Virus record (IMG/VR): IMGVR_UViG_3300029267_003532
Location: 15,956-79,955 of that record
Length of the DNA: 64,000 bases
Origin: a virus
Reading direction: 5' to 3' (one strand)
Made by a program: the position numbers and the translations under genes. Positions 1-8,191 of the stretch are shown piece by piece (the stretch's first letter is position 1; the number at the start of each line of letters is the position of its first letter). The notes under the pieces were generated by a model, which had not been told where the DNA came from, made no database searches, and saw only the letters and a program-made list of their open reading frames with translations.

Positions 1-276
1 CGCTATCACGGCGCGGACACGTGGATATCTTTCGAGCCGGTGATCTGGCCCTGGGCAACCCTCGAGCTGCTCTCCCTGGCCCAAGGCCTGATCACCCACT
101 GCAAGGTTGGACCGCTGAACTATGCCAACCGCCTGCCGGCGCACCTGCGCGCCCAGGTCCCCGAGGTAGACTGGGTGCAGTTCGCCGATAGCTTCCAGGC
201 GCTATGTGATCGGTACAGGGTCGTGTGCCAGTTCAAGGAAGAACTTTATACCCGGATCGAGGCTGCTATCAAGTAA
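1..276 (+). CDS. Radical SAM (SPL-like) phage protein, C-terminal part; truncated by the window edge
   Basis: Frame is open from position 1 (RYHGADTWISFEPVIWP...KVGPLNY). TWxSxEPVI and KVGxLNY resemble the C-terminus of SPL-like phage radical SAM proteins. Confidence 0.5.
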   Translation, partial: RYHGADTWISFEPVIWPWATLELLSLAQGLITHCKVGPLNYANRLPAHLRAQVPEVDWVQFADSFQALCDRYRVVCQFKEELYTRIEAAIK

Positions 277-293
277 ACGGAGTGATTCCCATT

Positions 294-578
294 ATGAACA
301 CAATCACAATCGTTCCCACTCGCACCTACAACCAAGCCTACACCGGCTATCACCTCTGCTTGCTCTCTATCTTCAAACGCGCCCGCCTGGACTGCGAAAA
401 AGCCTCGCGCAAACACGCCGTCGATGCGCTCTGCTTTCTCTGCAGCGACCGCGCCGAGACTCTCAGCCAATACCTCAACATCACCACCGACGACCTCACC
501 GGCCTGACCCGCCGCTGCTGGCAGCAGGTACGCGAACGCTTCGGCCTCACCCTGGACGATCTGGACAGACCGGACTAG
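294..578 (+). CDS. Hypothetical protein
   Basis: ORF 225..578; likely ATG at 294 after GGAG. Confidence 0.6.
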   Translation: MNTITIVPTRTYNQAYTGYHLCLLSIFKRARLDCEKASRKHAVDALCFLCSDRAETLSQYLNITTDDLTGLTRRCWQQVRERFGLTLDDLDRPD

Positions 579-585
579 TGGCAGG

Positions 586-765
586 TCACTCTTCCTGAGA
601 TCGAATAACGCGAAAGCGGCGTGTAACTGTCTCCAGTGCACGCCGCAATATCAGAGCGACCGCGCCGATGATGATGAATAGTCGACGGCGCTTTTTGTTT
701 TTGGGCTTGGACTCTGAGGAATCTTCGGATACTGGGATGCTGTTGGGTTCCGGCTGGTCTGTCAT
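586..765 (-). CDS. Small (59 aa) membrane-anchored protein, possibly a truncated remnant
   Basis: Read by hand, below the ORF-track cutoff. AGGAGG RBS, then MTDQPEPNS...KNKKRRRLFIIIGAVALILRR...QEE*. Confidence 0.55.
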   Translation of the reverse strand: MTDQPEPNSIPVSEDSSESKPKNKKRRRLFIIIGAVALILRRALETVTRRFRVIRSQEE

Positions 766-801
766 GATGGATGCTCCTCCTGTTATGAATCAAGTCGCTT
801 A

Positions 802-1602
802 TCAGTAACAATACCGCGAGACCTCAGCCCCGCCGGCATCGTACAAATACCCACAGTCGCCCTTGTTATTCCACAGGGCTTGCTCGTTCCCAAAACTCAA
901 CCCGCAAGACTCCGGGTGGCCCTCGTTCGTATACACCCGACACACCTGTCCCGGCTGCAGCTCGATCCCCGGAAACACAAAGTCCTGCCCCGGCGCGCCG
1001 GCGTTCAGACGCCAACCGCCCAGGTTCACCGACGAGCCGCCCTGGTTGGCGATCTCGGCATATTCGTCGCTCTCGACCCGCTTGACCACTCCATCGTAAA
1101 AGATGAACGAGATCACGACCTTGCCGGGGGCTGCTTGTGGCTCCGGGGTGTTTGTCGGCACGGGCGTCGCAGTCGGTATCGCCGTCGCCGTTGCCGCAAT
1201 CGTCGGTACAGGTGTGGCCGTGGGCGGCGGCGTGTTGGTCGGGACCAGCGTCGCGGTGGGCACACTCGTGGGCGTCGACGTCGCAGTTGGCGCCGGCGTG
1301 TTCGTGGGGACGGGCGTCGAGGTGGTTGTCGCTGTAGCAGTCGCAGTGCTGGTTGCCGTCTGGGTGTCCGGGGGCGAGGGCGTAACGGTTGACGTGGCTG
1401 TGCTGACCGGCGTTGGACTGGGCGACGCTGTCGCGGTCTCGGTCGGGATCGGCGTCGACGTCGGCGCGCTCGTGGGCGTCGCTGGCAGCGCGTCCGCATC
1501 CACAGGTAGTGGGGGCAGGGTGGCGATCCGGTTCGCTGTCGGCGACGCGCAGCTGGCCAGCAGGACCAGGGAGAGGGCGAGTAGGGCGAGTGTGCGCTTC
1601 AT
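802..1602 (-). CDS. Lipoprotein with Pro/Thr-rich linker and C-terminal lamin-tail (LTD) domain
   Basis: Lipobox LLASC; long PT(A/N)T repeats; EYAEIAN...LGGWRL...WNNKGD LTD motifs. Confidence 0.85.
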   Translation of the reverse strand: MKRTLALLALSLVLLASCASPTANRIATLPPLPVDADALPATPTSAPTSTPIPTETATASPSPTPVSTATSTVTPSPPDTQTATSTATATATTTSTPVPTNTPAPTATSTPTSVPTATLVPTNTPPPTATPVPTIAATATAIPTATPVPTNTPEPQAAPGKVVISFIFYDGVVKRVESDEYAEIANQGGSSVNLGGWRLNAGAPGQDFVFPGIELQPGQVCRVYTNEGHPESCGLSFGNEQALWNNKGDCGYLYDAGGAEVSRYCY

Positions 1603-1789
1603 GGTTAGAGCAGCCTTTGCACTAGATATCGAACGCCACTATTTTCATTCTACCCTAACTCGTGAAAAAGCACAAAGTCAGCGATCTATTGAGATTATGA
1701 TCATAATGGAAAAGGTCACCGCGACAACGGTGGCCTTCAGATCAAGGACACTCTCGCTGGCGGGGGAGGCCGGCAGCCTGGGGCAGGGT

Positions 1790-2056
1790 CTACTCTCGCT
1801 CGCTCTCAGGCATCTCGTCGGGGTGATCGACCCAGAGCAGGTCGTTCGGGGTGCAGCCGAGGGCATTGCAGATACGGGTGAGGACAGCCAAAGAGATCAT
1901 CTGTTGCTCGTTGGTAGCCATCCGAGAGAGAGTACTGGTTGACACATTGGCTTCTTCGCTGAGCATTCGATAGGTCATTCTGACCCCGCGCCGATCGCCG
2001 GCTAGGGCCATCCTAGAACGTAGTTGAAACCGTGCTTGCCCCATTGTTCCCTCCAT
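1790..2056 (-). CDS. XRE/Cro-C1 HTH repressor (probable immunity repressor)
   Basis: LSEEANVSTSTLSRM...LTRICNALGCTPNDLL; divergent from the early operon. Confidence 0.85.
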   Translation of the reverse strand: MEGTMGQARFQLRSRMALAGDRRGVRMTYRMLSEEANVSTSTLSRMATNEQQMISLAVLTRICNALGCTPNDLLWVDHPDEMPESERE

Positions 2057-2079
2057 AAATCATTTACTATGCTGCGTAT

Positions 2080-2109
2080 AGTATACCACGGAAGACGTTA
2101 CGATGTCAA
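2080..2109 (-). promoter_or_regulatory. Leftward sigma70 promoter for the repressor gene
   Basis: Minus strand TTGACA-N18-TATACT with extended -10 TG. Confidence 0.7.
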
Positions 2110-2160
2110 TACGCTACGCCGTCTAATTGTACGGATTTTCCACATTTAGCAAACTGACCC

Positions 2161-2189
2161 TTGACAGAAAGACCAAGATCGAGTATACT
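2161..2189 (+). promoter_or_regulatory. Rightward sigma70 promoter for the early operon
   Basis: TTGACA-N17-TATACT. Confidence 0.8.
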
Positions 2190-2345
2190 TATATTGAGTA
2201 ATTGATACAACGAAGGAAAACGAAGAGGCGAGGTGCTACGAACACCTCGCCCCGAATGCCAAAACCTACACTCGCGAAAGTCAGGACTCTGGCAGCCTCA
2301 TGATACCACGAGAGGCGGTCAGGGTCAAACAACAGGAGGACCCGA

Positions 2346-2888
2346 ATGCTGACCACAGGCCAGCCGCTGACCGCCAATCAGCAAGCAACGCTAGTTGCCC
2401 TGCAACCCTATCTGACCCGCATTGCGCACAACATCGTGCGCACCCACTACCCCGAGCAAGACGCCGACGAACTGCTCCAAACAATGAACGAAGCCATCTG
2501 CGAGCGAGCCGCCCAGGACCCGACCTTCCTCGACCAGACCCCGGGCTACATCACCCGCGCAGCCGCCTGGGCAGCCCGCAACTACTGCCAGCGCGAGCGC
2601 TTTGGCCACAACCTGGTCCCCCAGTCCCTGGACGCCGAAACCGGCGACGATCACACCCTGGCCGAGACGATCCCCGCGCCCCTCGCCGACCTCGATCTGC
2701 CCCTCGACGTCGCTCGCGCCCTGGCCAGGCTCAGTCGCAAGCGCCAACAGATCGTCGCAATGCTGGCCCAGGGTTTCCAGCGCAAAGAGATCGCCGAGCG
2801 CTTTGGCGTCAAATCGCCCAGCCTCACCTGGGACTTGAACAAGATCAAGACCGTGCTGCAGCCGGTCTACGCAGCGGTGAGGAGGTAA
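2346..2888 (+). CDS. Phage-encoded sigma-70 family (ECF-like) sigma factor
   Basis: Region 2-like DADELLQ...YITRAAAWAARNY; region 4 HTH LSRKRQQIVAM...RKEIAERFGV; AGGAGG RBS. Confidence 0.8.
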   Translation: MLTTGQPLTANQQATLVALQPYLTRIAHNIVRTHYPEQDADELLQTMNEAICERAAQDPTFLDQTPGYITRAAAWAARNYCQRERFGHNLVPQSLDAETGDDHTLAETIPAPLADLDLPLDVARALARLSRKRQQIVAMLAQGFQRKEIAERFGVKSPSLTWDLNKIKTVLQPVYAAVRR

Positions 2889-2892
2889 CACG

Positions 2893-3666
2893 ATGGATCA
2901 AGTCTACACGTTCACCTTTACATTCAAGGCCAACGGCCAGATTCGCAAGCAGACCCGCCGCGTGCCCATCGCCGAACTTTGGCAGAAATTTAACCTCGCC
3001 GCAGACTGGCGCCGCGAGGGCGTGCCCGAGGAGAACCGCAGGTCAGAGGTGTATGGCCCCGGTCTCTCCAAGGTCATCTGCGACGAATACGCGCGCCGGC
3101 GGCTGCGCGAAATCCTCGAACCGCTGGGCCTCGTGCCGATCGAGCCAGAGATCATCGGTCTGCTCTGGGCGCGCCTGGCCGGTGAGGATCGCTATCAGCT
3201 TTACAAAATTCGCAAAGAAACCGTCGAGCTCGAGGGCTACGAGCGCCCGCACCTGATCCACCACGGACTGATTCCCGTCTCCGACGACAAGGTCGACGCG
3301 GCATTCTGGTGGTCCACCGAGAAATGCTGGCGCGACCTGGGGATCTGGATCAACGATAGCCCTGGACTGATCATCATGTCGTACGTGAACACAGTCAAGG
3401 TCGCGCTTCAGGACATCCCTCACATTGTGCCCCAGTTGGCCGACGGACAGGTAATCCGCGCATCCGTCCGCTTTGACTACAAGGGCCGGGCCAATCGCTA
3501 CCCATATATGGTTCCTACCCGGATCAAAACGCGGATCAACGATTTACGCGGCCGCTACCCCAACGCGACTGAGGATCTCGCCGTCGTGCCGACATCGATC
3601 CTGCATGCGTCGTATGGCTATGGATTGCCCTCGGCATTGAGTCCCACACCGGCATTCGCAGGATGA
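2893..3666 (+). CDS. Hypothetical protein
   Basis: 257-aa ORF with GGAGG RBS, coupled to the sigma gene. Confidence 0.7.
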   Translation: MDQVYTFTFTFKANGQIRKQTRRVPIAELWQKFNLAADWRREGVPEENRRSEVYGPGLSKVICDEYARRRLREILEPLGLVPIEPEIIGLLWARLAGEDRYQLYKIRKETVELEGYERPHLIHHGLIPVSDDKVDAAFWWSTEKCWRDLGIWINDSPGLIIMSYVNTVKVALQDIPHIVPQLADGQVIRASVRFDYKGRANRYPYMVPTRIKTRINDLRGRYPNATEDLAVVPTSILHASYGYGLPSALSPTPAFAG

Positions 3667-3755
3667 TATATGGATTCGGATCATAATCCAAATGCCCTTG
3701 CTCTATCTTGCCGTTTTTGGTAAGATAGAGTCACAAACAGAACGGATGTGCTACT

Positions 3756-4469
3756 ATGACAAAACTACTGATCACCAAACTGCAAAAGCGGCCCGATGGC
3801 AACGTCGATCTCTTTGGCCGCGGTCATCGCTACAAAGACACGACCCTATTTGACGTGTCCGATCTCTTTGAGGTGGGCATTGACCCCGCCGATCTCCAGG
3901 TCGGTGTCGAGACGCCATGCCGGTTTTATGCGCACTGTGTCGCGTCTTCAAAACTGAACAAGAGCGGAAATCCTTACCTAAACGTCGAATACCTGGAGGC
4001 TGTTTCCAACGGCAACGGCAACGGCAACGGCCACCAGGCCGCGCCCGCCGGCGAACTGAACAGCGCCATTTTGGATGAGCTGCGCGCTGTTCACGGCGAA
4101 CTGACTCAAATGCGCCGGCTGCTCAACCGTGCGTTTGTGGGGCAGGTCATCGACCCGCCGCTCGTAACGGATGACGACCCAACCGAACCGCCCACGGGTG
4201 AGGGAGATAACGACCTCGACGATCCTGACGACGTCCCACGCCCACCTGCTACCAGTGCCCAGCCACTCAGCGACGATCAGGCGCGACGCAACTTTTCCAG
4301 CCTGGCCGGGCCGGCGATCCGCGAGGGCCAAGTCACGTCGGAGGAGGTCAATGAACTGGTCAAAGGTGCTATCGCCACAGGTTGGCGCGACGCGCTCGTC
4401 GAACTGCAGGCGCTGATTGCGCAGGCTGAGAGTGAGCAGGAACGCGAACTCGTTGCAGTTTATCCCTAA
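3756..4469 (+). CDS. Hypothetical protein (acidic linker, NG repeats)
   Basis: 237-aa ORF; possible own promoter TTGCTC-N17-TAAGAT at 3698-3726. Confidence 0.7.
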   Translation: MTKLLITKLQKRPDGNVDLFGRGHRYKDTTLFDVSDLFEVGIDPADLQVGVETPCRFYAHCVASSKLNKSGNPYLNVEYLEAVSNGNGNGNGHQAAPAGELNSAILDELRAVHGELTQMRRLLNRAFVGQVIDPPLVTDDDPTEPPTGEGDNDLDDPDDVPRPPATSAQPLSDDQARRNFSSLAGPAIREGQVTSEEVNELVKGAIATGWRDALVELQALIAQAESEQERELVAVYP

Positions 4470-4496
4470 TTTTCATCGCCCTCATTTGTTATATAG
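4464..4496 (+). promoter_or_regulatory. Putative phage-sigma promoter, copy 1
   Basis: CCCTAATTTT-N10-ATTTGTTATATAG. Confidence 0.7.
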
Positions 4497-4504
4497 ACAC
4501 AACA

Positions 4505-4647
4505 CCTACCCGGTCCGAGACGCGGACTGACCACCGAATCCCCCAGGGTGGGACCGAGGTACAAGCCAGCAAACGCTGGACAACCTGACTGGCCACGAGC
4601 GCGGATTGGACGGCGAGATGACGGAGACCAACGACGGACCGGGTAGG
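4505..4647 (+). ncRNA. Putative structured leader or ncRNA
   Basis: Perfect 13-bp terminal stem (4505-4517 with 4635-4647) enclosing internal hairpins; non-coding and directly downstream of promoter copy 1. Confidence 0.5.
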
Positions 4648-4661
4648 GGAAAGGGGCTTCA

Positions 4662-4952
4662 ATGCTCATCATCCAATCTGCATGTGCCGAACTGATTGTT
4701 AACGTCAAAGACGATGGCTTGACCGACATCGACATGGGTCAGGCTATCACGGCCGCAACCGACTACGTCGCCCAACAATTTCCCGGCGAGGATTGGAAAC
4801 CAGTCGACGTCCAACTCGTCAACTATGATCGCGTTCGGGTCTACTATCGTCGTCCGTTTACCGGAGAGTCCGACCTGGATGAAATCAACGCCCACTATGC
4901 CCGACTGGCTCGTGTGGGCGACTGCTGCCCGCCCGCTCTGGAGCCTGCATAG
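4662..4952 (+). CDS. Hypothetical protein
   Basis: 96-aa ORF with AAGGGG RBS. Confidence 0.65.
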   Translation: MLIIQSACAELIVNVKDDGLTDIDMGQAITAATDYVAQQFPGEDWKPVDVQLVNYDRVRVYYRRPFTGESDLDEINAHYARLARVGDCCPPALEPA

Positions 4953-4961
4953 GAGATTCCA

Positions 4962-5597
4962 ATGAAACTTCAAGTTGCACACATCAATCCATCCTCCTAC
5001 GTCGACGGCCCCGGCCAGCGTGCCGTCCTCTACCTGGCCGGCTGCCCGATCCGCTGCCCTGGCTGCCAGTCCCCGTATCTCTGGGACGAGAATGCCGGCG
5101 CCGCAACGGACGTCGACCAAGTGGCCGCCTGCCTGCTCGACACCGGTCTGCCGATCACCATCTCCGGCGGCGAGCCCTTCGCCCAGGCACCCGCCGTGGC
5201 CGAGTTACTCGTCGATCTGCGCATCCAGCAGCCCGACCTGCACATCATCGTCTACACCGGCTTTGTGGTCGAAGACATTCTCGACGCCATAGCTCCCGCG
5301 ATGCCCGAAGCGTGGGTTATCCTCCACGCCGCCAACGTCCTCGTCGACGGTCCGTTCCAACCCGAGGACGACCACGACCAGGTGCAGTGGCGCGGCTCCA
5401 GTAACCAGCGTCCCATCGACCTGCGCGCGACGTGGGAGCGAGCCTGGCGTTCCCTGGCCCTACTGGACTGGGATGCGCAGACCCTGACGATCACCGCAGA
5501 CGGCGACCTGCTCGGCGCCGCCGGCACGATGGACGACCTATTCGGATCACCAGCCCTGGTCCCCACGCGTATGTGCGGCCAGGTCAGAACAATCTAG
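4962..5597 (+). CDS. NrdG-like radical SAM 4Fe-4S protein
   Basis: CPIRCPGC (CxxxCxxC), ISGGEPF, LVDGPF, WRGSSNQR. Confidence 0.85.
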   Translation: MKLQVAHINPSSYVDGPGQRAVLYLAGCPIRCPGCQSPYLWDENAGAATDVDQVAACLLDTGLPITISGGEPFAQAPAVAELLVDLRIQQPDLHIIVYTGFVVEDILDAIAPAMPEAWVILHAANVLVDGPFQPEDDHDQVQWRGSSNQRPIDLRATWERAWRSLALLDWDAQTLTITADGDLLGAAGTMDDLFGSPALVPTRMCGQVRTI

Positions 5598-5614
5598 CTG
5601 TTTCTCCTCCTGTT

Positions 5615-5662
5615 GGGGGTGCCGGGGGTGGTGTGGCAGCCATTCCCGGCCCCTCGTATTTT
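5615..5662 (+). terminator. GC-rich hairpin, possible terminator after the radical SAM gene
   Basis: GCCGGGGGTGG...CCATTCCCGGC stem followed by TATTTT. Confidence 0.4.
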
Positions 5663-5665
5663 GGC

Positions 5666-5698
5666 CCCTAATTTTGGGGCCGCTCATTTGTTATAGAT
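5666..5698 (+). promoter_or_regulatory. Putative phage-sigma promoter, copy 2
   Basis: CCCTAATTTT-N10-ATTTGTTATAGAT. Confidence 0.7.
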
Positions 5699-5754
5699 AT
5701 AGATTGTGAACCTAATCTGAATGAGCAACCGAACAGGCCAAACAGGAGAACAAC

Positions 5755-7053
5755 GTGAGCGTCAAAATCGAGGACAACCCGATGGACACAGCCCAAGTTA
5801 TTGCCGAAGCCAAGAGCATTATCAACCAGCGCCGCCGCGAGGCCGCCGAGCGGATGGGGGTGGACGAAAGCAAGGTCCAAACGCACCGCATCGAGCTACG
5901 TCGGCTCCGCGAGGCCGGTCTCCTGATTGACCTCGACATCCACGGCGTCTCGATGTTCAGCGTTCGCACGACCTACGCAGAGCTGGGCATCGGCGCAGAG
6001 GACGTCCGTGCCAAGCGGATGCGGGCAGGTACCAAGGACCTCTTTCCAGAATACAGCAAAAAGCTGCGCTCCCTCGAGGGCCGCGCGCGCCAGAACCTCG
6101 CCAAGCATTCACACTCGATCCCGGCCTTCGGCCAGTACCGGTGGCTTCCGTGGACAGCTTACCAGGCTTACTCGGACAAACACACCCAGATACTCGCCGA
6201 GCTCGATGCGACCAAGGCGGAATTGCTCGCCAAGTACGACGAGTTGCGCGAGGAAAACCGCGCCTACTTTGAGCAGGTCGCCCTGCGCGCCTGGCAGGAC
6301 CTGCGCGCCGGATTCTCATATCCGGACAGCGGCATGATCGTTACCACCGATCATACCGAGTTTGGCCCCGGCGAAGAGGGCAAGTTCGTCGAATACGTGG
6401 TTCAAAAAGTCCTTGGCCGGATGCCTCTCCCGGACGAAATCCGCGACGGCGTGCGCATCGACTACAAGACCTCGATTCTCTACTCCGAGGCCGAGATCGC
6501 CGCCGACCAGTCCGCGCTCGAACAGGCTGAGGCCGAGTACGCGCAGGCCCGGTTTCAGCACGCGCAAGCCGAACAGGCTGCCTTCGACGTCCACCTCCAA
6601 GAGCGCGAGGCCGAGGGCCAAGTCCAAGCTCGCATCGCTGCCTATCGCCGGGCCGAGCTCGAGCACGCGCGCCAACAGCTCGCCGAGATGGGCAGCCCCA
6701 TCCAGGACGCCCTCGACGGCCTGCGTGCCAACTTGTACGACGCTGTACGCACGCTGCTGGCCGGCCTGCGCAAGAACACCACGTTTCGCGGCAAAGCCGG
6801 CTCCAAGGCCGCCGACCTGTATGCGTACTGGCACAAGTTGAACGGGGGACTGCTCCACGATGCCGACTTGGAGCAAGCCCTGGCCGCCTTGGACGGCGAG
6901 ATGAAGTCCTACCAGGTCGCCGACAAAGACGCCCGGCAGACGCAGATCGGCGACATCGAGACCCAACTCGCCGAGATCGCCGCCCTGACCGCCGAATCCG
7001 CGCGCAAGATTCGCAGCGAGTCGGGCAGCAGAGCTTCGGTCCTGGAATTGTAG
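5755..7053 (+). CDS. Helical coiled-coil protein (DUF3150-like), ends in SRASVLEL
   Basis: 432-aa ORF, AGGAG RBS, alpha-helical. The DUF3150 resemblance is tentative. Confidence 0.7.
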   Translation: MSVKIEDNPMDTAQVIAEAKSIINQRRREAAERMGVDESKVQTHRIELRRLREAGLLIDLDIHGVSMFSVRTTYAELGIGAEDVRAKRMRAGTKDLFPEYSKKLRSLEGRARQNLAKHSHSIPAFGQYRWLPWTAYQAYSDKHTQILAELDATKAELLAKYDELREENRAYFEQVALRAWQDLRAGFSYPDSGMIVTTDHTEFGPGEEGKFVEYVVQKVLGRMPLPDEIRDGVRIDYKTSILYSEAEIAADQSALEQAEAEYAQARFQHAQAEQAAFDVHLQEREAEGQVQARIAAYRRAELEHARQQLAEMGSPIQDALDGLRANLYDAVRTLLAGLRKNTTFRGKAGSKAADLYAYWHKLNGGLLHDADLEQALAALDGEMKSYQVADKDARQTQIGDIETQLAEIAALTAESARKIRSESGSRASVLEL

Positions 7054-7055
7054 CG

Positions 7056-7376
7056 ATGATGATCGTATTACGCAACACGACCAGCCGCAAGGACGCGGTG
7101 TACATCATTGAGGTGGACGAGGACAACCAAAAGGTGGCCGGTTGGTGGGGGCGCTGGGACACGTACCAAGCCCACGGCCTGGCTGGCCTGCGCAGTCAGA
7201 TGAAATGGGACGGGCCATCCTATCAGAACGCGGCGGACAAGCTGCTGCGCCAAAAGCTAGAAAAAGGATATGTCCCCGTCGATCAACTGCCGGCATCTGT
7301 GTCGACGCCCGCGGCGCCCGATCCTAACCCGCCATCGCCCCGCCCGCGTTCACGGGCGGCAATGCTGGAGCTATAG
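7056..7376 (+). CDS. WGR-domain protein, ends in SRAAMLEL
   Basis: WWGRW motif and KLLRQKLEKGY, typical of WGR domains. Confidence 0.75.
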   Translation: MMIVLRNTTSRKDAVYIIEVDEDNQKVAGWWGRWDTYQAHGLAGLRSQMKWDGPSYQNAADKLLRQKLEKGYVPVDQLPASVSTPAAPDPNPPSPRPRSRAAMLEL

Positions 7377-7922
7377 ATGTCAAACCTGGTACAGCTTGAT
7401 TTCCTGACAATGATCCACTTGCCTCCTGTATGGACAGCGCCAATTCCCAGTGGATACGGACATTGGTGCTGTCCTCATTGTCACGATGCCGCCAGGGGAT
7501 TTGAAGCCCCTTTATCGTTCCCTGCCACAAACAATCGCCAAATAGGTCAGTGCCGAACCTGTAACTATGAACATCACTTCAGCCTGCTTTATGGTCAAAC
7601 TCCAAACGGGTATCCTGAGACGCGCATGGATTTAGAGCAGGCCCATATCGCAGCTCACATTCGAACCGGGTTCCCCAAGATTTGCCCGGCTGGTCACGCG
7701 AATCCCGTTTGTATGGCAAATTGTGAGTCGTGTCCGCACCATCAAGCTGACGCGCGCTTGCACTGGCGCTGTAACCATCCGGCTTATCAAAAAGCGATTG
7801 GTGTACATTGGTGTCTAGGTTGTGGTATGGAACTTGGCCCTTGGGCAGAGGCTCATAATTGGCATTACTGCGGTGGGCCAACCAACCAATGCATGAGAGA
7901 TTGGGAGATAACAAATGGATGA
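7377..7922 (+). CDS. Cys-rich (zinc-finger) hypothetical protein
   Basis: Several CxxC pairs. Confidence 0.6.
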   Translation: MSNLVQLDFLTMIHLPPVWTAPIPSGYGHWCCPHCHDAARGFEAPLSFPATNNRQIGQCRTCNYEHHFSLLYGQTPNGYPETRMDLEQAHIAAHIRTGFPKICPAGHANPVCMANCESCPHHQADARLHWRCNHPAYQKAIGVHWCLGCGMELGPWAEAHNWHYCGGPTNQCMRDWEITNG

Positions 7923-8115
7923 ACGCACTCGCAACCGATTTGCCGCCAAGTTTGGTCTGCCTGCTGGACAGGTCCGAACGTTCGACGCGTTGACCGCGCA
8001 CGAAAAAGAGGACGTGCGCCGCTACTACTCCCTCTACAATGCACGACACTATGTCTACGCCATCAAGCGCGCTGGCGGATTGGTCGTGAAACGGTTCCGG
8101 CTCAATACCGCTTAG
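7915..8115 (+). CDS. Hypothetical protein
   Basis: 66-aa ORF with GGAG RBS. Confidence 0.6.
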   Translation: MDERTRNRFAAKFGLPAGQVRTFDALTAHEKEDVRRYYSLYNARHYVYAIKRAGGLVVKRFRLNTA

Positions 8116-8134
8116 GATCATAATCCAAATCTAT

Positions 8135-8167
8135 CCCTAATTTCTAGCCTTCCCGTTTGTTATATAG
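8135..8167 (+). promoter_or_regulatory. Putative phage-sigma promoter, copy 3
   Basis: CCCTAATTTC-N10-GTTTGTTATATAG. Confidence 0.7.
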
Positions 8168-8191
8168 GTACAACTACAGGAGGGACAAACG

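Noticed and set aside
662-701. GCGCCG/CGGCGC hairpin plus T-tract as a + strand terminator
   Set aside because: Loop is long, and the sequence is explained by the KNKKRRR codons of the minus-strand 59-aa gene; dual use cannot be excluded.
1103-1942. 279-aa + strand ORF rich in VGVAVG
   Set aside because: Antisense shadow of the Pro/Thr lipoprotein and the repressor; the same applies to most overlapping GC-rich ORFs in the track.
4505-4647. Hammerhead ribozyme or tRNA
   Set aside because: No CUGANGA/GAAA core, and no T-loop or cloverleaf.
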